Part shown: positions 9,318 through 17,571 of the stretch, in pieces
How the letters are laid out: each line of letters opens with the position of its first letter
How positions within the stretch are numbered: position 1 is the first letter of the stretch
Program-made: the position numbers and the translations under genes
Origin: Nostoc sp. PCC 7120 = FACHB-418
GTDB lineage: Bacteria; Cyanobacteriota; Cyanobacteriia; Cyanobacteriales; Nostocaceae
Assembly (NCBI RefSeq): GCF_000009705.1
Contig: NC_003272.1
Location: 1,440,001 to 1,472,000, forward strand
DNA: 32,000 nucleotides
Direction: 5' to 3'
The notes under the pieces: generated by a model
Databases searched by the model: none
What the model was told of the DNA's origin: nothing
What the model saw: the letters and a program-made list of their open reading frames with translations, nothing else

Positions 9318-10214
9318 TTAACTGTTAAAGGTTAAAGGTTGACGCTCATCAGTCATTAGCTCAATACACTTGTGCATTTGCTGACGCATTGTCTCAACGT
9401 CAGCATGAAAGCGTCGTCCATGCCCTGGTAATACCCAATCAAATGAGTAATCAGCTAATCGGCGCATGGACTTAATTTGTTCTGCCCAAGAATACCAGCA
9501 TACATCACGAAATGCAGTCAATTGATGCCGATTTTCCGACCATGCAAGATGATCACCCGTAAACAGAAACTTGTTTTTGTATAGTAAAACTGTGTGTCCT
9601 TTAGTATGTCCAGGAACGGGAATAATTAATACATCTGGTTGTAAAGGGAATGGTTCCAAACCAGTTAACTGGATTTCTACATTCCGAGTTCCCGCAGAAA
9701 TTTCATCGGTGTGCAAGATACGCTGACACTGAAAATGTTCAGCAAATTTTTGATGATCTGCCACATCATCCTGATGAGTTAAATACATATATTTAATTCC
9801 CCCCATCGCCTCTATTCGTTTTACTAAAGGCGGTGTAAATCGAGGAGAATCTACTAAAATATTTCCTTGTGAATGTTGAATTAAATAACTAGCCGCACCA
9901 TAGGATTTTTCCGAATGATAGCCACAGTGATAAATATTTTCAGCCACTAAAATAGGAAAACTTTCCTGGGCAATTTTGATATCTTTGGGTTTTTCAACTG
10001 TGCCAATGGAACTGGTGGGACAAGATAAAAGTGCTTGCAGTGCTGCTAATCTTTCTGTTTCGTTTGTTGGTTGATGATATACTGCCGACATTTCATCAAC
10101 ACGATGAAAAACTTCCGGTGTCATCCAGCGACAGGTATCACAATCAATGCAGGTGGTATCTACATAAAAATCGCCGTTAGTATTTTGGGGGCGACGAAGA
10201 TTTACATGAGCCAT
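9318..10214 (-). CDS. Fusion of a single-cluster ferredoxin-like domain and an MBL-fold metallo-hydrolase
   Basis: 298 aa. N-terminus YVDTTCIDCDTCRWMTPEVF...LLSCPTSSI (CxxCxxC...CP), then an MBL fold with THQDDVADH (a HxHxDH-like variant), PGHTKGH and PGHG. Its stop is only 35 nt upstream of the dusB start on the same strand. Confidence 0.7.
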   Translation of the reverse strand: MAHVNLRRPQNTNGDFYVDTTCIDCDTCRWMTPEVFHRVDEMSAVYHQPTNETERLAALQALLSCPTSSIGTVEKPKDIKIAQESFPILVAENIYHCGYHSEKSYGAASYLIQHSQGNILVDSPRFTPPLVKRIEAMGGIKYMYLTHQDDVADHQKFAEHFQCQRILHTDEISAGTRNVEIQLTGLEPFPLQPDVLIIPVPGHTKGHTVLLYKNKFLFTGDHLAWSENRHQLTAFRDVCWYSWAEQIKSMRRLADYSFDWVLPGHGRRFHADVETMRQQMHKCIELMTDERQPLTFNS

Positions 10215-10359
10215 AGTACACCTCTGTTTGCCAAGTTAATTGCTAGGCGGGTAATTAAACCTGATGTCACAAGCCTAACAAAAACCACTTCCAACTATCA
10301 GCATCACTAGTAGTTCGTCGACCCAAAATTGCTTCCTCTACCCAACTTACTAGCGCGTC

Positions 10360-10422
10360 TCGTCCGCGAATATCAAAGACTCGTCCGCGAGTATTAAAGA
10401 CTCGTCCGCGAATATCAGCAAC
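10360..10422. repeat. 3 x 21-bp tandem direct repeat
   Basis: tcgtccgcgaatatcaaagac / tcgtccgcgagtattaaagac / tcgtccgcgaatatcagcaac at 10360-10380, 10381-10401 and 10402-10422. Confidence 0.9.
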
Positions 10423-10506
10423 TGAGGATAGATATACAGCCTCAAATGCTTGTCCTGTCTTGATTCTTAATTTTTAATTTTGCGTTCGCGGTAGCGTGTC
10501 GTAGAC

Positions 10507-10545
10507 AAAAGTTCTGTAGGCGGGAAACCCGCCTACAGAACTTTT
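10507..10545. repeat. Perfect 18-bp-stem palindrome (hairpin), possibly a terminator or dispersed-repeat module
   Basis: aaaagttctgtaggcggg aaa cccgcctacagaactttt. 10507-10524 is the exact reverse complement of 10528-10545. Confidence 0.85.
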
Positions 10546-10961
10546 CAAGACGAATTTTAAATTGGTATGAGAATAGCGGCACCAGTTCCACGTCTCGTTG
10601 ACTATTGACAGTTAACAGAAACAAGTTAATCATAAAAACTCCACCCACAAGGAAATGGAGTTTTTGTCAGTAGTCAGTGGCAAAGCGAAAAGTGCAGTCC
10701 TGGGTTCTACCCAAGAGGAGCAACTTTTCAAGAAAACGCCTAAAAACCACCCACTCTTGGGATGGGGTATTAAACCAGATCCTTTCAACAACTGACAACT
10801 GACACGCGCAGCGCCATAAAGAGACTGAGTGTTGTATTTCTTAATACAAACTATCTAGTATTTATACTCCAAATATTAATATTTAGCATAAAAATATTAG
10901 AAGATAAATAAAGTATCTGCTGTAGTTAATGATTCTCTGATAGTAACCATTTTAATGCTCT

Positions 10962-13900
10962 ATGCAATCTCTACCTCAACTTTGCTGGCCACAATGCTTA
11001 GAGTCGGTTATTGACCTTTCGCCACTGACGGTTGAGCCGGAAATGCCATTGTCAGATGCAGTTTCCCAAATGGCAAAGCAAGGTGCTGCTATTGTTGTGG
11101 TCGCCAATACTCAGATATTAGGGTGGTTATCAGAAAGAGATGTGGTCAAGTTGGTAGCCTTGGGTGTTGACTTGCGAACAACCACAATTTCGCAGGTGAT
11201 GAACACCTCAATCATATTTTTCCGGGTTGGACAATTTGAAAATATAGGGGCAATCATTTCTCTGTTACGTCAACATCAATCGTGTTGCTTGTTAGTGGTT
11301 GATGAACAAGAGCAACTAATGGGAACAATTACCTCTGAAAGTATTTATCAAGCTCTGGGAGCAGTAACGGAGTTGAATAGCCAAGAAGAACTAGAAACCT
11401 CACTGCAAGATTTTCAGTTGCTAAAGTCAGCAGTAGTTAATCCTCAAGATGCGATTGAGGCTAGTGAAAAGAGCCTGTGGCGTGTAGCTAATACCGCGCC
11501 AATATTAATTTGGATATCCGCTACAGATACATCATGTATTTTTTTTAATAACGCTTGGTTAGAACTGACTGGCAGTACCCTAGAACAAGAAATAGGTAAA
11601 AATTGGTCAGAAAGGGTGCATCCAGAAGATTTACAAGGTTTTTTAGATGCTTACTTACAAGCTTTTTATACTCATCAGTTTTTCTCGGTGGAATATCGCC
11701 TACTAGGATTGAATGGAGAGTACCTTTGGCTACTAAATATTGGGGTTCCCAAATTTACATCTAATGGTGATTTCGCTGGTTATATTAATTCTTGTATAGA
11801 TATTACTGAACACAAGCAATATTTTGCTGCATTAGAGGAGAGTACAAACAGGCTCAAACTAGCACTAGAGGCGACCAACACAATTTACTGGGAGCGAAAT
11901 CTTAGTAATGACCAGTTATTCTTTCTCAATCCTGTTGTTGAATTTGGAGATAGTGAAGGATTAACTAATAGCAAGGTTCTAGCCTTTTTCCATCCAGAGG
12001 ACAGGGAAAGAGTGGATACGGCTGCACAAGAAGCGATCGCCAATTGTAGTTGTTTAGAAATAGAACATCGGCTGCCAGTAGCAGGGCAACCATCTAAATA
12101 TAAATGGTTTCTCTCGAAATCTACAGTTCTCACGGACACAACAGGTAAACCTTCGCGGATGATTGGCATTTCGACGGATATTACCGACCGAGTGGAGGCA
12201 CAAGACGCACTAGAACAAGCTAACCAAGAGTTAGAAAGGCGAGTAGCAAAGCGCACCTTAGCTTTACAGAAAGCAAATAGACAACTGCTGGCAGAAATTA
12301 GCGATCGCCAAATTGCTCAAGAGCAACTACGGCAATCTCAACAAATGTTGCAGCTAGTTATGGATACTATTCCACATAGTGTTTTTTGGAAAGATCGAAA
12401 TTCTGTCTTTTTGGGCTGTAATCGTAACTTTGCCATCATGGTAGGTTATGAGCATCCAGAAAATCTTATCGGTAAAACCGACTATGATTTTCTACCCGAT
12501 CCACGAAATGCAGACCTTTACCGCCAATGTGACGCGAGGATCATAGAAACCAATAACCCTGAATATCATATTATTGAACCCATGCTGGCACCAGATGGGC
12601 AACAAATTTGGCTAGAAACAAATAAAGTTCCTCTTCATGATCCTGAAGGTAATGTTGTTGGTGTTCTCGGCACTTTTGAAGATATTACTGAACGCAAGCA
12701 GGTACAAGAAGCTTTGGAAAAAAGCGAAGAAAGGTTTCGATTTTTGGCAGAATCTATCCCGCAACAGGTATGGATAGCTCAACCAGACGGCTACATTGAA
12801 TATGTCAACCAACGCACCCTGGAATACTTTGGTAATGAGCCAGAGTCCATACTAGGCTGGAAATGGCAGCAATGGATACATCCTGATGATCGCCCCCATT
12901 GCTTGGAAATTTGGCAGCATTGTGTAGCCACTGGTGAACCCTTAGATGTAGAATTTCGCTGGTTAAGGACAACGGATCAAACCTATCGCTGGCACATAGG
13001 ACGCGCCTTAGCACTACGCGATTCTCAAGGTAATATCATCAATTGGTTCGGTACAAATACAGATATTGATGATCGCAAACAGACAGAAGAAGCCCTGGCA
13101 GAAAGGGTAAAATTGTCAGACTTTCGCTCAGAAGTTGATACCATTCTCACTCAAAGTTACACCTTACAGGATTTAATGCGCGGCTCTGCTGATGCAGTAG
13201 TTAAACATCTCAATGCCGCCTTTGCTAGAATCTGGATACTCAATAAACAAGAAAATTTACTGGAATTACAAGTCAGTTCAGGCAGATACACCCACCTAGA
13301 TGGGTCTCATAGATGTATACCAGTCGGTCAATGCAAAATCGGTTTAATCGCCCAAGTAGGAAAGCCTCACCTCACCAATTGTGTACAAACAGATCCGCTT
13401 ATTAGTAACCCGGAGTGGGTCAAGCAAGAAGGAATGGTTGCCTTTGCCGGTTATCCCTTAATTGTGGAAAATGAGACACTAGGGGTGATTGCCATGTTTT
13501 CTTGTCAAGCACTCAGTGAATCTCATTTCCAAGCTTTGGGGATTGCCGCTAATCAGATTGCTATTGGTATCAAGCGTCAACAAACGGAAGCAGCGCTCAG
13601 GCATAGTGAAGAAAGGTTTCGCAACTTAGTTGAAACTAGTAGTGATTGGGTGTGGGAAGTTGATGAAAACGCTATCTATACCTACGTTAGCCCTAAGGTC
13701 AAAGATATTTTAGGTTACGAACCACAAGAATTATTGGGTAGAAGTCCCTTAGACATGATGCCACCAACAGAAGCAGAACGTGTCATAAAGATTTTTACTT
13801 CCTTTATGGCAGCACAACAGCCATTTAAATGTCTTGAGAACACCAATGTTCGTAAAGACGGTTGTTTAGTGGTTCTCGAAACCAGTGGAGTGCCGGTTTT

Positions 13901-16211
13901 TGATGCGGAGGGGAAATTTTGTGGTTATCGCGGGATGGATCGAGATATCACTGCTCGTAAGGAAGTAGAAACGAATTTATATCAAACTCAACAGCAGTTA
14001 CAAGTAATTTTGGATAACTCCCCAGCGATAATTTATGTCATGGATTTGCAAAATCGGTTTATCTTGGTGAACCGACAGTATGAACAACTATTCCACACCA
14101 CTCAATCTGAAATCGTCGGCAAAAGTGTATATGAGACTTGGCCTAATGATATTGCTCATCAATATGCCTTTAATAACCGTCAAGTGATTACCACTGGGAT
14201 GGCTATAGAAGTTGAAGAAGTGGTTCCCCACGAAGATGGTCTACATACATATTTAAGTATTAAGTTTCCTTTAAAAGACCGCAATGGCATCGTTTATGCG
14301 ATGTGTGGCATTTCTACAGACATTACAGAGCGTAAATTGGCAGAAGATTCGCTTCTCCGTTTCCACAAAGCGATGGAAAGTACAAGTGATGCTATTATCT
14401 TTGGTGATATTTTTAATATAAGTAATTATACTAACCCAAGTTTTCAGGAATTATACGGTTATAATCTAGAGCAATTACAAGCGGCAGGGGGGGTATGCAC
14501 AGTTTTCCAGGAGCCTCAAAAGCAACAAGAAATAATGGCTAGGGTGATGAAAGGGGAATCTTGGCGGGGTGAAGTGGCCATGCGATCGCGTGATGGTAGC
14601 CTATTACAAGTTGATCTTAGGTCAGATGCCATTAGAGACAGCAATGGTAAAATAATAGGTACTGTATGTATCCATACAGACATAACCAAACGCCAGCAAG
14701 TAGAAGAAGGTTTAAAATTACGCGATCGGGCGATCGATGCTAGCAGTAATGGCATCATTATTGCTGATGCTAGCACTCCCAACAGACCCATTATCTATGT
14801 TAATCCTGCCTTTGAGCGCATGACTGGCTACTCTTCAGACGAAGTGATAGGACAAAACTTCCGTTTATTCCAAAGTGCAGATATCGATCAACTAGGATTA
14901 CGAGAACTGAGTACGGCCATGCAGGCAGGTAAAGCTTGCACTGTGATTCTCCGCAACTATCGCAAAGATGGCAGCCTCTTATGGAATGAGTTAAACATCT
15001 CCCCTGTTTATGATCAAACGGGTCAACTTACCCACTACATCGGCATTCAAACAGATATCACAGAGCGTAAACAAGCAGAAACAGCACTACTGGTCAGCCA
15101 ACAGCGACTACAATATTTACTGACATCTAGCCCTGCTGTGATTTATACCTGTAAAACCTGTGGAGATTTTGGCAGTATTTTTGTTAGTGACAACATCACC
15201 ACCATAACTGGCTATCCAGCCCAAGAATTTACAGAAAATTCCGACTTTTGGTCTAATCATATCCATCCAGAAGATGCACCAGCAATCTTGAGAAAACTTT
15301 CTAGCGTCTTAGAGGAGGAAATTTACAAATTAGAATATCGATTTTTACACAAAGATGGGACATATCATTGGATATATGACCAAGGACGAGTAGTAAAAGA
15401 TGACACAAATAATCCAGTGGAAATGGTCGGTTACTTAATAGATATTACAGACCGCAAACAACTCGAAGAATACTTAAAAGTAGCACTCGAAAAAGAGAAA
15501 GAATTGAGCGAACTTAAATCTCGCTTCGTCTCCATGACTTCCCACGAATTCCGCACGCCGTTAAGTACCATTTTATCTTCTTCTGAATTACTAGAACACT
15601 ACCGCCACAAATGGACAGAGGAAAAACAACTCACCCATTTACATCGTATTCAAACTGCCGTCAAGCGGATGACGGAAATGTTAAATGACATTTTAATCAT
15701 TGGTAAGGCAGAAGCCGGGAAACTAGAGTTTATGCCTAGACCCCTTGATGTCGTCGCCTATTGTCAAAATTTAGTGGAAGAAATCCAGCTAAACCTGAAT
15801 AATCAGCAAGTTAATTTTATCAGTGAACATCAATCCATGTCATGTTGCATGGATGAAAAATTATTAGGACATATTCTTATTAACTTAATCTCTAATGCAA
15901 TTAAATATTCTCCAGCTAACAGTAATGTTCAAGTTAAATTTTATTGTCGAGATCGATGTGCAGTATTTGAAGTTCAAGATTGGGGTATTGGTATTCCAGC
16001 AGAAGATATTACACACTTATTTGAATCATTTTATCGAGCCAAAAATGTTGGCAATATCTTAGGTACAGGGTTAGGATTAGCAATCGTCAAAAAATGTGTA
16101 GATATTCATCAAGGTGAAATATCTGTTTCTAGTAACCCAGAAGTTGGTACTCTATTTACTGTGAATATTCCTTTAAAACAATCAATAAACGAAGAGGTCA
16201 AAAATGATTAA
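10962..16211 (+). CDS. Multi-sensor histidine kinase: CBS pair, 4 PAS, GAF, 5 PAS (one LOV-like), HisKA, HATPase_c
   Basis: 1749-aa ORF. CBS pair at the N-terminus. Nine PAS/PAC units each end in a DIT(E/D)(R/H)K-type motif. A GAF domain lies at about 13140-13580 (ARIWILN...AFAGYPL...LGVIAMF). H-box SHEFRTPL has its His codon at 15543-15545. N, G1 (DWGIGI) and G2 (GTGLGLAI) boxes are present. The choice of start codon is not verified. Confidence 0.9.
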   Translation: MQSLPQLCWPQCLESVIDLSPLTVEPEMPLSDAVSQMAKQGAAIVVVANTQILGWLSERDVVKLVALGVDLRTTTISQVMNTSIIFFRVGQFENIGAIISLLRQHQSCCLLVVDEQEQLMGTITSESIYQALGAVTELNSQEELETSLQDFQLLKSAVVNPQDAIEASEKSLWRVANTAPILIWISATDTSCIFFNNAWLELTGSTLEQEIGKNWSERVHPEDLQGFLDAYLQAFYTHQFFSVEYRLLGLNGEYLWLLNIGVPKFTSNGDFAGYINSCIDITEHKQYFAALEESTNRLKLALEATNTIYWERNLSNDQLFFLNPVVEFGDSEGLTNSKVLAFFHPEDRERVDTAAQEAIANCSCLEIEHRLPVAGQPSKYKWFLSKSTVLTDTTGKPSRMIGISTDITDRVEAQDALEQANQELERRVAKRTLALQKANRQLLAEISDRQIAQEQLRQSQQMLQLVMDTIPHSVFWKDRNSVFLGCNRNFAIMVGYEHPENLIGKTDYDFLPDPRNADLYRQCDARIIETNNPEYHIIEPMLAPDGQQIWLETNKVPLHDPEGNVVGVLGTFEDITERKQVQEALEKSEERFRFLAESIPQQVWIAQPDGYIEYVNQRTLEYFGNEPESILGWKWQQWIHPDDRPHCLEIWQHCVATGEPLDVEFRWLRTTDQTYRWHIGRALALRDSQGNIINWFGTNTDIDDRKQTEEALAERVKLSDFRSEVDTILTQSYTLQDLMRGSADAVVKHLNAAFARIWILNKQENLLELQVSSGRYTHLDGSHRCIPVGQCKIGLIAQVGKPHLTNCVQTDPLISNPEWVKQEGMVAFAGYPLIVENETLGVIAMFSCQALSESHFQALGIAANQIAIGIKRQQTEAALRHSEERFRNLVETSSDWVWEVDENAIYTYVSPKVKDILGYEPQELLGRSPLDMMPPTEAERVIKIFTSFMAAQQPFKCLENTNVRKDGCLVVLETSGVPVFDAEGKFCGYRGMDRDITARKEVETNLYQTQQQLQVILDNSPAIIYVMDLQNRFILVNRQYEQLFHTTQSEIVGKSVYETWPNDIAHQYAFNNRQVITTGMAIEVEEVVPHEDGLHTYLSIKFPLKDRNGIVYAMCGISTDITERKLAEDSLLRFHKAMESTSDAIIFGDIFNISNYTNPSFQELYGYNLEQLQAAGGVCTVFQEPQKQQEIMARVMKGESWRGEVAMRSRDGSLLQVDLRSDAIRDSNGKIIGTVCIHTDITKRQQVEEGLKLRDRAIDASSNGIIIADASTPNRPIIYVNPAFERMTGYSSDEVIGQNFRLFQSADIDQLGLRELSTAMQAGKACTVILRNYRKDGSLLWNELNISPVYDQTGQLTHYIGIQTDITERKQAETALLVSQQRLQYLLTSSPAVIYTCKTCGDFGSIFVSDNITTITGYPAQEFTENSDFWSNHIHPEDAPAILRKLSSVLEEEIYKLEYRFLHKDGTYHWIYDQGRVVKDDTNNPVEMVGYLIDITDRKQLEEYLKVALEKEKELSELKSRFVSMTSHEFRTPLSTILSSSELLEHYRHKWTEEKQLTHLHRIQTAVKRMTEMLNDILIIGKAEAGKLEFMPRPLDVVAYCQNLVEEIQLNLNNQQVNFISEHQSMSCCMDEKLLGHILINLISNAIKYSPANSNVQVKFYCRDRCAVFEVQDWGIGIPAEDITHLFESFYRAKNVGNILGTGLGLAIVKKCVDIHQGEISVSSNPEVGTLFTVNIPLKQSINEEVKND
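14721..15075 (+). other. LOV-like PAS domain of the kinase, lacking the adduct-forming cysteine
   Basis: NGIIIADASTPNRPIIYVNPAFERMTGYSSDEVIGQNFRLFQ...NYRKDGSLLWNELNISPV...YIGIQTDITERK. The canonical GxNCRFLQ is GQNFRLFQ here (Phe codon TTC at 14859-14861). Confidence 0.65.
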
Positions 16212-17415
16212 AATTTTAGTAATTGAAGATGAAGAATCAGTCAGGGAAAATATTTTAGATTTGCTACAAGCTGAAGATTTTCATACCGTGTCTGCTGCTA
16301 ATGGACGCATTGGCATAAATTTAGCATTGGCAGAATTTCCTGATTTAATTTTGTGCGATATGATGATGCCCGAAGTTGATGGTTATGGGGTATTATCAGC
16401 ATTACGCCAAGAACCATTAACGGCAACAATTCCTTTCATTTTCCTCACGGCAAAATCTGCCAAAGCAGATTTCCGCCAAGGTATGGATATGGGGGCAGAT
16501 GACTACCTAACTAAACCATTTACCAGGGCAGAATTACTCAGTGCTGTGATGAATCGTTTAGAAAGACAAGCCACTTTAAAAAAGTACTTAATCAATCACA
16601 ATGGCATTAAAGTCTCATCTCCAAAAACTCAGTTGCTAGAGATGAGTCTACATAAAGTTATTCAACAACAAAAATTTCCAGAGTTTGAGGTGCAATATCA
16701 GCCTATCGTTGATATTGCTTCAGGAAAAATAGTTGCAGCAGAAAGTTTATTACGTTGGAACAGTCCTGAATTAGGTTTTGTTTCCCCTTCGGAATTTATT
16801 CCATTAGCAGAGTCTACAGGTTTAATTGTGCCAATTGGTCAATGGGTAATAGCTAATGTTTGTCACCAAATCAAAAGTTGGCATGATTCTGGAGTGGATT
16901 TCTTAACCATTTCTGTGAATTTATCAGCAATGGAATTTAATAAACCAGATTTAATTCAGAGAATTACTGAAGCTTTAAAAAGCAATAATATAGCACCACA
17001 TTATTTGGAAATAGAATTAACTGAAAGCATGATTATGCAAGACCTAAATAGTGCAATTTTCACCATGAATGAATTGCAATCTCTAGGTGTTAGGCTTGCT
17101 ATTGATGACTTTGGTACAGGTTACTCTTCTTTGATTTATCTCAAAAATTTGCCAGTTAATACACTGAAAATTGACAGGTACTTTATTCATAATGTTGCTA
17201 AGGATAAACAAAAATCTGCCATTACCAAAGCTTTAATAGAAATGGCACACAATATGAATATGCAAGTAGTGGCTGAAGGTGTAGAAACAGAATCAGAACT
17301 ATACTTTTTAAAGCAAAATAAATGTGATGCCATGCAAGGATTTCTCTTTAGTCGTCCATTACCAGCAGTAGAATTTGAAAATTTTCTGTGGAATAATAAA
17401 CATTTGTCTGTATAA
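16204..17415 (+). CDS. Response regulator with EAL domain (predicted c-di-GMP phosphodiesterase)
   Basis: 403 aa. REC domain (ILVIEDE, LILCDMMMP, LTAKS, KPF) plus EAL domain: ESLLRW, VNLS, EIELTE, DDFGTGYSSL, KIDR, AEGVET, QGF. The start ATG 16204 overlaps the kinase stop (ATGATTAA, 8-nt overlap). Confidence 0.9.
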   Translation: MIKILVIEDEESVRENILDLLQAEDFHTVSAANGRIGINLALAEFPDLILCDMMMPEVDGYGVLSALRQEPLTATIPFIFLTAKSAKADFRQGMDMGADDYLTKPFTRAELLSAVMNRLERQATLKKYLINHNGIKVSSPKTQLLEMSLHKVIQQQKFPEFEVQYQPIVDIASGKIVAAESLLRWNSPELGFVSPSEFIPLAESTGLIVPIGQWVIANVCHQIKSWHDSGVDFLTISVNLSAMEFNKPDLIQRITEALKSNNIAPHYLEIELTESMIMQDLNSAIFTMNELQSLGVRLAIDDFGTGYSSLIYLKNLPVNTLKIDRYFIHNVAKDKQKSAITKALIEMAHNMNMQVVAEGVETESELYFLKQNKCDAMQGFLFSRPLPAVEFENFLWNNKHLSV

Positions 17416-17571
17416 AAAATAGCCAAATGACCACTACCGTTAACCAAACGTTAACTCGATAATTACTAAAATATAGTGATAGTTGCTTTTTGGTAATTTT
17501 TTTATAAACAAAGATCAGTAATCATCCATACAATCTTATGCAATTATTAAAAACTTATTTTGTTGACCAAT

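Noticed and set aside
10442-10648. 68-aa minus-strand ORF in the kinase upstream region
   Set aside because: It reads straight through the 39-nt perfect palindrome and the A/T-stem hairpin at 10634-10665. It has no SD or motifs, so it is probably non-coding.
13140-13580. GAF domain as a possible bilin-binding cyanobacteriochrome or phytochrome
   Set aside because: I do not see the conserved Cys-His dipeptide context or a DXCF motif. The sequence (ARIWILN...AFAGYPL...GVIAMF) resembles the common non-chromophore GAF type found in many cyanobacterial kinases.
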